Of a stretch of 64,000 nt of DNA, positions 36,372 to 45,845 are shown piece by piece; the first letter of the stretch is position 1; the number at the start of each line of letters is the position of its first letter. Source of the stretch: Candidatus Omnitrophota bacterium (GTDB lineage: Bacteria; Omnitrophota; Gorgyraeia; Zapsychrales; Zapsychraceae). A program made the position numbers and the translations under genes. Location: contig JBFWOS010000002.1 in assembly GCA_050250375.1 (NCBI GenBank), positions 773,149 to 837,148 on the forward strand, in the 5' to 3' direction. Under the pieces are notes generated by a model. The model was not told the DNA's origin and made no database searches. It saw nothing but the letters and a program-made list of their open reading frames with translations.

Positions 36372-38009
36372 CTAAATCTGCGGACCGGCGGATACAAGCG
36401 ACTTCCCTTTTTCTGTATCGGTAAATTTGGCAAAATTATTAATGAACATCTGTGCCAATTTTCGGGAGACTTTGTCGTATTCGTCTTTGTTTTCCCATGC
36501 CTCACGGGGATCCAATTTTGACTGCAAACCCGGAAGATTCTTCGGAATGCTCAAATTATGGACTGCCAGTGTTTGATACTCGGCCTTCTCCAGCGATCCG
36601 TTCAGAATCGCATCAATGGTAACTCGGTTGTCAATAATCGGGATCCGGTGACCGATACCATATTGCCCGCAGACCCACCCGGTATTAATCAGGTAGGCGT
36701 TCGATTTGTGTTCTTCCATCTTTTGGGCCAGGATTTCCGCATATTTCGTCGGATGGAGTAATAGGAAGGCTTTGCCGAAGCAGGCGGAAAAAGTAGCCTG
36801 CGGTTCTGTAACGCCGAGTTCTGTCCCGGCGACCTTGGCCGTGTAACCGCTGAGATAATGGTACATGGCCTGTTCTTTTGTCAATTTCGCGACCGGAGGA
36901 AGAACCCCAAACGCGTCGCAGGTTAAAAAGATGATATTTTTCGGATGCCCGCCTTTTGAAACGGGCTTGACAATATTTTGTATGTGATCAATCGGATACG
37001 AAACCCGGCTGTTCTCGGTTTTTCGGGATGACGTAAAATCAAGTTTTCCCTTGTTATCAATTTCAACATTTTCGAGAAGAGCGTCCCGTTTGATGGCGGC
37101 GTAAATTTCCGGTTCCTTCTGGACGGTAAGATTGATGCATTTGGCATAACAGCCGCCTTCAAAGTTAAAAACCCCTTCTTTGTCCCAGCCATGTTCATCA
37201 TCCCCGATCAGCTGACGTTTCGGATCGGTCGAAAGGCTCGTCTTTCCCGTTCCGGACAAGCCGAAGAACAGGGCGGTGTCCCCGGATTTCCCTTTATTAG
37301 CCGAACAATGAAAGGCCCCGATGCCTTTAAGCGGGAGGAAATAGTTCATGATGGAAAAAATCCCCTTTTTGATTTCTCCGCCGTACCAGGTCCCTCCGAT
37401 ACAGGTCATCCGTTCCTTGATATTAAAGGCCCCGAATACTTCTGAGCGCAGGCCGTATTTTTCAAAGTCTTTGCAGGAGGTCTTGCAGGCGTTGAGGATC
37501 GTCCAGTCCGGTTTAAAATCCAGAAGTTCTTTTTCGGTCGGGCGGATAAACATATTTTTAAAGAAATGCGCCATCCAGGCAATCTCGGTGACCAGCCGGA
37601 CGCTCATGCGTGTATCGGCGTTTGTCCCGCAGAACCCATCCATAACATATAATTTCTTTTCGCTTAACTGGCGGCAGGAGATTTCCTTAAGGTGCTTCCA
37701 GGCCTGCGGAGTAAGACGTTTATTATCCGACCCGGATGGTTCACCGGTCGCCCACCAGACCGTATTTTTCGTTGTTTCATCCTCAACAATATATTTATCT
37801 TTCGGTGAACGTCCGGTAAATTTTCCGGTGTCCACCGCGACAGCCCCAAGTTCAGAAACAATCCCTTTTTCAAATCCTTCCAGCGCAGGATTCGTCTCGT
37901 GTTTAAATAATTCGTCATAAGAGAGATTATAATAAATCTCCTCAGTGCTGTGTATCCCGATCGCTTCTAGATCCAAATTATGCTGATCCATTGATTTTTT
38001 CATATTCAT
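36372..38009 (-). CDS. pckA: Phosphoenolpyruvate carboxykinase (ATP)
   Basis: [52 protein letters not shown]. Confidence 0.98.
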   Translation of the reverse strand: MNMKKSMDQHNLDLEAIGIHSTEEIYYNLSYDELFKHETNPALEGFEKGIVSELGAVAVDTGKFTGRSPKDKYIVEDETTKNTVWWATGEPSGSDNKRLTPQAWKHLKEISCRQLSEKKLYVMDGFCGTNADTRMSVRLVTEIAWMAHFFKNMFIRPTEKELLDFKPDWTILNACKTSCKDFEKYGLRSEVFGAFNIKERMTCIGGTWYGGEIKKGIFSIMNYFLPLKGIGAFHCSANKGKSGDTALFFGLSGTGKTSLSTDPKRQLIGDDEHGWDKEGVFNFEGGCYAKCINLTVQKEPEIYAAIKRDALLENVEIDNKGKLDFTSSRKTENSRVSYPIDHIQNIVKPVSKGGHPKNIIFLTCDAFGVLPPVAKLTKEQAMYHYLSGYTAKVAGTELGVTEPQATFSACFGKAFLLLHPTKYAEILAQKMEEHKSNAYLINTGWVCGQYGIGHRIPIIDNRVTIDAILNGSLEKAEYQTLAVHNLSIPKNLPGLQSKLDPREAWENKDEYDKVSRKLAQMFINNFAKFTDTEKGKSLVSAGPQI

Positions 38010-38032
38010 AGTCCTGACATTTAAATAAAGGT

Positions 38033-38046
38033 TAGTGAAATCACTA
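38033..38046. promoter_or_regulatory. Inverted repeat upstream of pckA (possible operator)
   Basis: TAGTGA-AA-TCACTA about 25 bp upstream of the start codon. Confidence 0.35.
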
Positions 38047-38194
38047 TCGTGTGACTCAGGCTGCCGATTTGAAATCCATTATAATCTATTTTCTTGGTTC
38101 AAAAGGATTTATATAGAGATTTTCGGGTGAGGATCATGAAAATCCGATTGATTACATTTCCGGTCGGATCTATTTCTGACGACGACCAAGCAGA

Positions 38195-39535
38195 TTAGAG
38201 CGCGATGTCTTCCTGCCAGCCCAGATCATCTATTCCGTCCTTCTCCGCAAAAAATGCCAGTCCGATGGATAGCGGTCCGATACGCCCTAACATCATGAGA
38301 AAAATAATAATCATTTTCCCGGCAAATGTCAAGCTGCTGGTTATGCCCATACTCAACCCGACTGTCCCCAGGGCCGATGCCGATTCGAATATCAGTGCAA
38401 ACATCGATTGGTTTTCTACGAGGTTAAGCAGGTATATCCCGAACACAAGGATTACCGTGTAAAAAGTGAAACTGGCGCTGGCCAGCCTTAAGCGATATTG
38501 AGGGATTTGATATCCCATGAGGGTCACATTAACCTTGCCTCTCAATGTACTGACCATCTGGGCCAGGACAGCAACAATCGTGGTGGACTTGACCCCGCCG
38601 CCTGTACCGGCCGGTGACGCCCCGACAAAAATAAGGATTAATAATAGATACAGGGAACCGTGGGACATCAGTGAAATCGGGTATGTATTAAAGCCGACTG
38701 TGGTTAAAGCGCTCATGGCCTGAAATAAGGACACCCAGGCCCGTTCAGCCAGAGATATGTCCTCCGGAAATGAATTAGTCATAAAAAGCAAAAGCGTCCC
38801 CCCGGCGATCACCAGCGTGGTGAAATACAAAATTATTTTGGTCGTAAAAGTGACGGACTTCTGTTTTCCGGTCCACATCTGCCAAAAGTCCGTCACGACG
38901 ATAAACCCAACGGCCCCCAAAAAACACAGAACAAACATAACAATATTCAGCATCGGATGCCCGACAAATTGTTCAAGACTCGTATTAAATAGGCTGAACC
39001 CGGCTGTGCAAAATGCGGAAATGCTGTGAAAAATTGCGTTCCAAAGCGGGTTGGCCACCTTCAGACTGGAGAAAATAAAATAGAGAAAAACGGCCCCGAC
39101 CGCTTCAACAATTAGGGAGAAAACCAGAACCGAACGTAAAAACAGGTAAATATTAAAATCATCCGGAAGTCCGAAGTCGCTTTTAATCAGGTTTTCATGG
39201 TATTTGGTAAATTTCTTGCGCCTGGTTAGCATGATGAGGGAACCGAACGACATGTAGTGCAGTCCGCCGATCTGAATCATCAGTAAGACCAGCAGTTGTC
39301 CGCCAAAATTATAATTATCCGCAACACTGATGGTGGTCAACCCGGTTGTGGTCAGGGCAGATGTGGCCGTAAACAAATTGTCGATAAAAAGTATGGGCTG
39401 TTTTTGAAACCACGGACAACTGAGCAGTATAAATCCGGCCAAAACAATAAAACAGTAAACCCCCATCATCGCCTTGGAAGGATCCTTGATGATTAAGGGA
39501 ATACCGTAACGAAATTTTCGTAATGATATCTTCAT
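38195..39535 (-). CDS. TrkH/KtrB family potassium uptake membrane protein
   Basis: Four pore loops: FTATSALTTTGL, SAFCTAGFS, TTVGFNT, SALGTVGLS; GTGGGVK. Confidence 0.93.
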   Translation of the reverse strand: MKISLRKFRYGIPLIIKDPSKAMMGVYCFIVLAGFILLSCPWFQKQPILFIDNLFTATSALTTTGLTTISVADNYNFGGQLLVLLMIQIGGLHYMSFGSLIMLTRRKKFTKYHENLIKSDFGLPDDFNIYLFLRSVLVFSLIVEAVGAVFLYFIFSSLKVANPLWNAIFHSISAFCTAGFSLFNTSLEQFVGHPMLNIVMFVLCFLGAVGFIVVTDFWQMWTGKQKSVTFTTKIILYFTTLVIAGGTLLLFMTNSFPEDISLAERAWVSLFQAMSALTTVGFNTYPISLMSHGSLYLLLILIFVGASPAGTGGGVKSTTIVAVLAQMVSTLRGKVNVTLMGYQIPQYRLRLASASFTFYTVILVFGIYLLNLVENQSMFALIFESASALGTVGLSMGITSSLTFAGKMIIIFLMMLGRIGPLSIGLAFFAEKDGIDDLGWQEDIAL

Positions 39536-39583
39536 GCAGCACCTGTATTCCGTTCAAAAAAACGGGATATACTCAAATTCAAC

Positions 39584-39973
39584 TTAGTCATGTTTGTGTT
39601 TTTTATGGTTTCGGTCTTTTTTCCCGTGTTTATCTTTCCGGGCATTGTATTTTTCGAGTTGTTCGGGAGTCAAGACTGTTTTCAGTTTGTCCTGGTATTC
39701 TTTGCGGATCAGTTCCATCTTTTTTTCAGCTTCTTCATGGACGGCCTTTTTCTTATCCATTTTTTCCCGCATTAGCGCTTCCAATTGAAGCGCCTGCTGT
39801 TCCGTTAAAGCAAGGCTTTTTGTCATTTGTTTGACTTTTTTCGAGGTCTTGTCCGCCTTCTTTTCAGGCTGAACAGTTTTCCCTTCACTGCCGCCGCACA
39901 TGGGACAACCGGAAAACGCCGGACCGGCCGCTAACATAAGGATGATGGCGGTTAAAATGAATTTTTTATGCAT
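39584..39973 (-). CDS. Secreted Spy/CpxP-like helical protein with CPMC motif and His-rich tail
   Basis: Signal peptide; L.LTEQQ...LKTVLTPEQLEKY; start reassigned to MHKKF behind GAAAGG. Confidence 0.8.
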   Translation of the reverse strand: MHKKFILTAIILMLAAGPAFSGCPMCGGSEGKTVQPEKKADKTSKKVKQMTKSLALTEQQALQLEALMREKMDKKKAVHEEAEKKMELIRKEYQDKLKTVLTPEQLEKYNARKDKHGKKDRNHKKHKHD

Positions 39974-40004
39974 AAAAACGATCCTTTCATTAGAAAATAA
40001 AAAA

Positions 40005-40030
40005 GGGTATCTTTTCAATTAAAGATACCC
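40005..40030 (-). terminator. Terminator-like hairpin upstream of the Spy-like gene
   Basis: GGGTATCTTT / AAAGATACCC 10-bp stem followed by TTTTTTATTTT on the minus strand. Confidence 0.7.
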
Positions 40031-40057
40031 AATGTCATAAAAACTGAGTTATTTGAA

Positions 40058-40086
40058 ATTATACCTATATCCTGATTCTATTGCAA
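40058..40086 (-). promoter_or_regulatory. Sigma70 promoter
   Basis: TTGCAA-N17-TATAAT. Confidence 0.6.
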
Positions 40087-40131
40087 CCACTTATCCAGAA
40101 AATTTAAAACGAGACAAATCGGGCGATTTCC

Positions 40132-41880
40132 TTATAAAGACGGTTTGACGCTGAACCGGTCGTAATTCTGGCTTTTAACCTGCCTGGTTCCGCCATCGCT
40201 TTCCCGGACAATGACCAGGCTGGCATACCCTTCCCCTAACGCGTCGGTCAGGCTGGCGCCCTGGTCCGGTTCAAGAATACATAAAGCCGTTGACCAAAAG
40301 TCGGAAAATTCGGTATTGGGGCTGATCACCGTGGCGCTCAAAATCTGGTCTGACGGATACCCGGTGATCGGATTGATAATATGCGACCATTGTTTTCCCT
40401 GAATCGTATAAAACCGCTCATAGTTTCCGGATGTTGACACGGAAATATCGGCTGCTTCAACAACATCGATTAAACGGGTTGTGTCCTGCGGATCGCGGAC
40501 TCCGACATGCCAGGGCTGCCCCTTGCAGTTTATTCCTCCCGCATAAAGTTCACCCGAGGCGTCAACCAGGAAATTCCGGATGCCATATTCCCGCAAAATC
40601 CGGGCCGCTTCATCAGCCGCGAATCCGTCCCCGATACTATCGATATTCAGTTTTAGCCCTTCCTTAAGCAAATGAATCCGGTTCCCGGAAAGCAGCTGGA
40701 TCTGCTGTATCCCCAACTGTTCTTTGACGGCTTTTAGTTCCTCCGGAGTTGGAATCGTATTTTTCTTTTCGTTCTCTTTCCAAAGTTTGATCAACGGGTA
40801 AATCGTAATATCAAAAACGCCTTTGGATATCTCATGATATTCCATTGAATTTTTAATCAGCTGATAAGTATCTTCGCCCACCTTCACATTTTCGGTATAA
40901 CCATTCTTGTTAATTCTGTTGAGGTCGCTGTTCGGATCGTAGACACTCAGCCGCCAGTGAATATCCGCAAACCTGTCCCAGATCTCATCCAAGGCCTGTT
41001 CAACCGTTTCTTTCCGGTCTTCGTTCTCACAGACGTCAATCTTGACGTAAGCCCCGAAAAAATCTCCGACCCGGGTGAATTTGTTATAATCCGGTCCGTT
41101 CTCTTTGAGACAGCCGTTGGTTGAGAGGATAAGGGCAAACAGGAGAATACGGTAAATCCCGAAAGGGATAAAATTGAAGCGTTTGATAAACTGCAGCAGA
41201 AATTTAATACTGAATAAAGCAACGACAAACGAGACTAAAAATCCCAGGGCAAAATACCCAAACTGGTCCGGGTTTATATCCCCCGAACTTTTGAGCAAGT
41301 CATAGCAGGTCGCGGCCAAAATGGTCGGGACGGCTAGCAAAAATGAAAATTCAACCACGGTTTTACGCTTGATCCCCATGGTCAATCCACCGATGATGCT
41401 GGCGGCCGACCGGGAAACGCCCGGGATAATGGCAATGGTCTGGAAAAGACCGATAATAACCGCTGTCTTGTAAGGAATTTGTTCAATGTCTTCAATACGG
41501 GATTTTTTGTCTTTATGGAACAGATCAAAGATAATGATAACGAGACCCCCCCAGAAAAGGGACCAGGCGATCAGCATATGGCTTTCAAATAAATAATTTT
41601 TAACCAGTTTATACAGCAGAAAGCCGATGACTGCGGTCGGCACAAACGCCGCCATGATCCGGGTCCACACCTCTTTTTTCCGCAGTAGTGTCCGTCCGTA
41701 CAAAACAACCACCGCCAGAATCGCGCCGAGCTGGATGAAAATTTCAAAACTCTTCAAGAATCCGGTCTGGGTGTACCCAAGGTACTTTGCGGTGAGGATC
41801 AGATGTCCGGTGGACGAAACCGGTAAGAACTCGGTAATGCCTTCAACAATTCCTAAAATTATAATATCAATAATATTCAT
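40132..41880 (-). CDS. uppP: Fusion: undecaprenyl-diphosphatase (UppP/BacA) + FAD:protein FMN transferase (ApbE)
   Basis: GIVEGITEFLPVSSTGH, IQLGAILAV, PGVSRS (UppP); FDITI.PL..LW, D..G.GFAAD, VSTSGNYERF, SHIINPITGYP (ApbE); one continuous ORF. Confidence 0.92.
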   Translation of the reverse strand: MNIIDIIILGIVEGITEFLPVSSTGHLILTAKYLGYTQTGFLKSFEIFIQLGAILAVVVLYGRTLLRKKEVWTRIMAAFVPTAVIGFLLYKLVKNYLFESHMLIAWSLFWGGLVIIIFDLFHKDKKSRIEDIEQIPYKTAVIIGLFQTIAIIPGVSRSAASIIGGLTMGIKRKTVVEFSFLLAVPTILAATCYDLLKSSGDINPDQFGYFALGFLVSFVVALFSIKFLLQFIKRFNFIPFGIYRILLFALILSTNGCLKENGPDYNKFTRVGDFFGAYVKIDVCENEDRKETVEQALDEIWDRFADIHWRLSVYDPNSDLNRINKNGYTENVKVGEDTYQLIKNSMEYHEISKGVFDITIYPLIKLWKENEKKNTIPTPEELKAVKEQLGIQQIQLLSGNRIHLLKEGLKLNIDSIGDGFAADEAARILREYGIRNFLVDASGELYAGGINCKGQPWHVGVRDPQDTTRLIDVVEAADISVSTSGNYERFYTIQGKQWSHIINPITGYPSDQILSATVISPNTEFSDFWSTALCILEPDQGASLTDALGEGYASLVIVRESDGGTRQVKSQNYDRFSVKPSL

Positions 41881-41952
41881 GGTTCATGATTTTAATAACA
41901 ATCGGGGCGGTTGTACACATATTTGTTGGGAAAAATGCGGCGATCGTGTGTT

Positions 41953-41992
41953 CATCCGGGTGAAAAGATTATTCGACCTCTCCACCCGGATG
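41953..41992 (-). terminator. Stem-loop after glnK
   Basis: Minus strand CATCCGGGTGGAGAG / CTTTTCACCCGGATG (15 bp with G-U pairs); no U-tract. Confidence 0.6.
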
Positions 41993-41999
41993 TCTACAT

Positions 42000-42341
42000 T
42001 TATCCGATGGCTTTGGAGCCCTCTTCACTGGTCCGGATGCGGACACAGCGTTCAAGGTTGGTCACAAAAATCTTTCCGTCACCGATTTTTCCGCTGTAGG
42101 CCCCTTTGACGATCGCCTTGACGGTCCGGTCCACGAAGTCTTCATTCACTGCGATGTCGATCCGGATTTTACGCAACAGGTTCCCCGTTTCCTTGACCCC
42201 GCGATAGAATTCATCCACGCCTTTCTGTTTTCCATGGCCGATGCATTCACTCACGGTAATCAGATTCACTTCCTGTTCATAAAGTTCTTTTTTAACATCT
42301 TCCAATTTATGCGGCTGTATAATGGCGGTAATTAATTTCAT
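42000..42341 (-). CDS. glnK: P-II family nitrogen regulator
   Basis: MKLITAIIQPHKL...G.GKQKG...YRG...GKIGDGKIFV...RIRT.E.G..AI; directly downstream of amt. Confidence 0.93.
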   Translation of the reverse strand: MKLITAIIQPHKLEDVKKELYEQEVNLITVSECIGHGKQKGVDEFYRGVKETGNLLRKIRIDIAVNEDFVDRTVKAIVKGAYSGKIGDGKIFVTNLERCVRIRTSEEGSKAIG

Positions 42342-42359
42342 AGGTATAGGTCCTTTCCT

Positions 42360-43595
42360 TTAGTCTAAGATTGTGTAAGCGCGTTCATGGTGCTGGCTTA
42401 AATCAAGACCGATGGCCTCATCTTCTTGGCTAACCCTCAATCCGAAAATGGAATCAACGACTTTCATAATGACAAATGTCACGATAAAAGAATAAATTAT
42501 TGTGATCACGACTGCGATCAACTGTTTCATTAAGAGGGCGGGATTACCGTAGAAAAGACCATCTGCACCCGCAGAATTGACAGATGTCGTGGCAAATAGT
42601 CCGGTCATTAATGCACCCCAAATGCCACCGACGCCATGGACACCAAATGCATCAAGGGCATCATCATACCCGAATTTAGTTTTTACAAAACTGACGGCAA
42701 TAAAACACACTAGGCTGACGGATAATCCGATGAAAATGGCTCCGGTAACTGTGACAAAACCCGCTGCTGGCGTTATGGCGACCAGTCCAGCAACAGCCCC
42801 GGTAACGATACCGAGCGTTGTTGGCTTACCGCTTTTGATCCATTCAATCATTGCCCAGCTTAAACCTGCACTAGCTGCGGCAATATGGGTCGTGACAAAG
42901 GCGTTTGTCGCAACGGCTCCAGCCCCTAATGCACTTCCTGCATTAAATCCAAACCAACCGAACCATAATAACGCCGTTCCTAATACCGCGAACGGAATAT
43001 TGTGTAAAGCCATGGGTTTTTTCTCATATCCCGTTCTTTTACCAAGGACAATCGCCGATACCAACGCAGCAATACCTGCCGTAATATGGACAACGGTTCC
43101 GCCGGCATAATCCAGCGCACCCATATCCCGTATAAATCCCCCCACAGCCCACACCATATGGCAGACAGGGTCATAAACAAACGTAGCCCATAAAACAATA
43201 AAAACTAAAAATGATGCGAATTTCATCCTTTCAGCAAAAGCACCAATGATCAGTGCCGGAGTAATGATGGCAAACATCATCTGAAAGATCATAAATAATT
43301 GATGTGGAATAGTCGCCGCATAATCCGGATTCGGTTCAAGTCCGACTCCGTTTAAACCAAACCAGCTTAAATCCCCGATAAAAGGATTCCCGGGTTTAAA
43401 CGACAGGCTGTAACCGATAAGGACCCACTGCAGGGTAATCACGCACAGGGCAGCAAAACATTGCATCAGGATGCCCAGAATGTTTTTGCGTCTGACCAGC
43501 CCGCCGTAGAAAAAAGCCAGGCCGGGTGTCATCAGCATGACGAGAGCGGTGGATATCAAAACCCACGCGGTATCTCCACTATTGATCATGTCCAT
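42360..43595 (-). CDS. amtB: Ammonium transporter
   Basis: GDTAWVL.STALV.LMTPGLAFFYGG, DYAGGTVVH, LWFGWFGFNAGS, DDALDAFGVHG. Confidence 0.98.
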   Translation of the reverse strand: MDMINSGDTAWVLISTALVMLMTPGLAFFYGGLVRRKNILGILMQCFAALCVITLQWVLIGYSLSFKPGNPFIGDLSWFGLNGVGLEPNPDYAATIPHQLFMIFQMMFAIITPALIIGAFAERMKFASFLVFIVLWATFVYDPVCHMVWAVGGFIRDMGALDYAGGTVVHITAGIAALVSAIVLGKRTGYEKKPMALHNIPFAVLGTALLWFGWFGFNAGSALGAGAVATNAFVTTHIAAASAGLSWAMIEWIKSGKPTTLGIVTGAVAGLVAITPAAGFVTVTGAIFIGLSVSLVCFIAVSFVKTKFGYDDALDAFGVHGVGGIWGALMTGLFATTSVNSAGADGLFYGNPALLMKQLIAVVITIIYSFIVTFVIMKVVDSIFGLRVSQEDEAIGLDLSQHHERAYTILD

Positions 43596-43731
43596 TTATC
43601 CCTCCTTGTAATAACTGATTCAATTGCATTTGATCACTGGATTGTACATATATTTTCATGGACCAGAAAATTATTCAACTGTTTTTATCTGCGGAAAAAA
43701 ACCTCCTTTGTTATGAATTCAATAGCAATCG

Positions 43732-44709
43732 TTACTGGTTATGCCGGATCAGATAGATGGTGTATCCAAGATACATTGAAAAAAACATCATCCCTTCCCA
43801 TCGGGAAATGCTGTATTTTGTCCGGAAAACCGGATAACAGAGTACGGCGATCAAGACCATAAACGGGATGTCCACCGCCATGGATGCCGGGTTGATTTGT
43901 AAGCCTCCCCGGGGGATAAGCGCCGTCACCCCCAGGATCGCCAGAATATTATAAATATTGCTTCCAACAACATTACCGATCGCGATATCCCGTTCTCCTT
44001 TAAGCGTGGCGACCACTGAAGTCGCGACTTCCGGCAATGATGTTCCGGCGGCCACAATCGTGAGTGCGATCACCAATTCACTGACACCGAAATACCGTGC
44101 GATACCGATCGATGAATTTACCAGCCATTTTGACCCCACAATTAACAGGAGCAATCCGGCACCGATAAAAAGCAGGTCCTGCAGAACATGGTTCGCCTTG
44201 TTTTTTTCTGAAAGACCTGCAAGAGAAATTCTTTCCGATTCATTTTTGATTTCTTGGTATTCTCTTTTGCTGTACCAAAAACAAAACCATGTATATAGGA
44301 TGACTCCCAGAAGAAAAATCACGCCTTCAAATCGGGATATTTTATAATCCAGGGCCGCCAGATAAAACAGACCTGAAACGGTCACCATGATCGGCGTATC
44401 CAGTTTGATCAATTTTTGATCCACTTTGAGCGGAGCGATGAGTGCGCATAAACCTAAAATAAAAAGCACGTTGAAAATATTACTGCCGACCACGTTACCG
44501 ATTGCGATATCGAATTTTTCAAGTAACGCCGAATTTATATTTACAACCAGTTCAGGCGCGCTTGTTCCGTACGCGACGATTGTTAACCCGATGGCCAGCT
44601 GGGATACCCCGATGGCGGCCGCCAGCCGTGAAGCCCCGCGGACCAGCCAATCAGCGCCGATGGTCAACACGGTCAAACCCAAACCCAAAAAGAGTAATTG
44701 GTTTAACAT
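43732..44709 (-). CDS. Calcium/sodium antiporter (YrbG family), copy 2
   Basis: GTSAPEL...GNVVGSNIFN; GTSLPE...GSNIYN; start reassigned to MLNQ at 44709. Confidence 0.95.
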   Translation of the reverse strand: MLNQLLFLGLGLTVLTIGADWLVRGASRLAAAIGVSQLAIGLTIVAYGTSAPELVVNINSALLEKFDIAIGNVVGSNIFNVLFILGLCALIAPLKVDQKLIKLDTPIMVTVSGLFYLAALDYKISRFEGVIFLLGVILYTWFCFWYSKREYQEIKNESERISLAGLSEKNKANHVLQDLLFIGAGLLLLIVGSKWLVNSSIGIARYFGVSELVIALTIVAAGTSLPEVATSVVATLKGERDIAIGNVVGSNIYNILAILGVTALIPRGGLQINPASMAVDIPFMVLIAVLCYPVFRTKYSISRWEGMMFFSMYLGYTIYLIRHNQ

Positions 44710-44714
44710 AGATA

Positions 44715-45695
44715 TTAATGAACCGATTGCCGTATTATGTAACAGGTATAGCCCAGATACAAAGAAAAAAACAAAAGCCCTTCCCATCGGGAAATAGCGG
44801 CTTTCCACCGGAAGACCGGATAACACAAAATGATAACAAAGAGCATAAACGGGATGTCCAGTTTCATGGAAGCCGGATTGATGAGAAGACCCTTGGACGG
44901 GATAAGGGCGGAAATCCCCAGGATGACCAGGATGTTTGAGATATTGCTGCCGATAATATTTCCGATCGCGATCTCCCTCTCTCCTTTGATCGTAGCGACA
45001 ACCGAAGTCGCCACCTCAGGCAAAGAAGTCCCGGCGGCCACGATGGTCAGGGCAATGACCAGTTCACTGACACCAAAATACCGGGCGATTTCAACCGAAG
45101 AACTGACAAGCCACTGGGCGCCGATCACCAGCAAAGCCAAACCGGCCAGAATAAAAAATATGTCGCGCAGAATGTTATCGGGTTTTCGTAATTCCCTGAT
45201 ATCTCCCCCGAATTCTTTATCAAATTCATTGACAATCTCCGGGGCCTCCGTCTGGCAGGTCCTGAAACAAATCCAGTTATAAAAAAGCATACCACAGAAA
45301 AATACAGCCCCTTCAATACGGCTGATTTTTAAATCCAGCGAGAACAGATAAAAAAGCACAGAAATGAAGATCATGAAAGGAACATCAAAACGGACGAGCT
45401 TTTGTTCGACTTTGATAGGAGCGATTATGGCGCACAGGCCCAAAATAAAAGCGATGTTGAAAATATTACTCCCGATAACATTCCCGGTTGCAATATCAAA
45501 TTTTCCAAGCAGGACGGAATTGATACTGACCATCAATTCCGGAGCACTGGTTCCGAAAGCAACGACAGTCAATCCGATGACAAGGGGCGATATGCCGAAG
45601 GCCCGGCCGAGTTTCGAGGCGCCGCGCACCAGCCAATCAGCGCCCCAAGCCAGACCAAATAATCCTAAAAACAAAAATACAAAATGATTAAGCAT
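44715..45695 (-). CDS. Calcium/sodium antiporter (YrbG family), copy 1
   Basis: GTSAPEL...GSNIFN; GTSLPE...GSNISN. Confidence 0.95.
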   Translation of the reverse strand: MLNHFVFLFLGLFGLAWGADWLVRGASKLGRAFGISPLVIGLTVVAFGTSAPELMVSINSVLLGKFDIATGNVIGSNIFNIAFILGLCAIIAPIKVEQKLVRFDVPFMIFISVLFYLFSLDLKISRIEGAVFFCGMLFYNWICFRTCQTEAPEIVNEFDKEFGGDIRELRKPDNILRDIFFILAGLALLVIGAQWLVSSSVEIARYFGVSELVIALTIVAAGTSLPEVATSVVATIKGEREIAIGNIIGSNISNILVILGISALIPSKGLLINPASMKLDIPFMLFVIILCYPVFRWKAAISRWEGLLFFSLYLGYTCYIIRQSVH

Positions 45696-45721
45696 AGATC
45701 ACAAATAACCGATCGCGGTTC

Positions 45722-45827
45722 AAAAAAAAGTCCGGCAATTAGTTTAGGCCGGAATCAAAACTCCAGGAATTTTCTTCTCAGTTATTTTATATGGCTTCAA
45801 TATATAGATAGACGTTCCTTTTGTCAA
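45722..45827 (-). promoter_or_regulatory. Promoter plus leader containing an intrinsic terminator (candidate attenuator) upstream of the yrbG pair
   Basis: TTGACA(45827-45822)-N17-TATATT; downstream TCCGGC-loop-GCCGGA-C-T8 (45753-45722). Confidence 0.55.
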
Positions 45828-45845
45828 GATACGAATGCGGTTCAT

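Noticed and set aside
43732-44826. ORF-track N-terminal extensions (e.g. 44826, 16346, 35745, 40018, 61907, 62854 starts)
   Set aside because: The extensions overlap neighbouring genes or terminators; downstream starts have RBSs and/or family-typical N-termini
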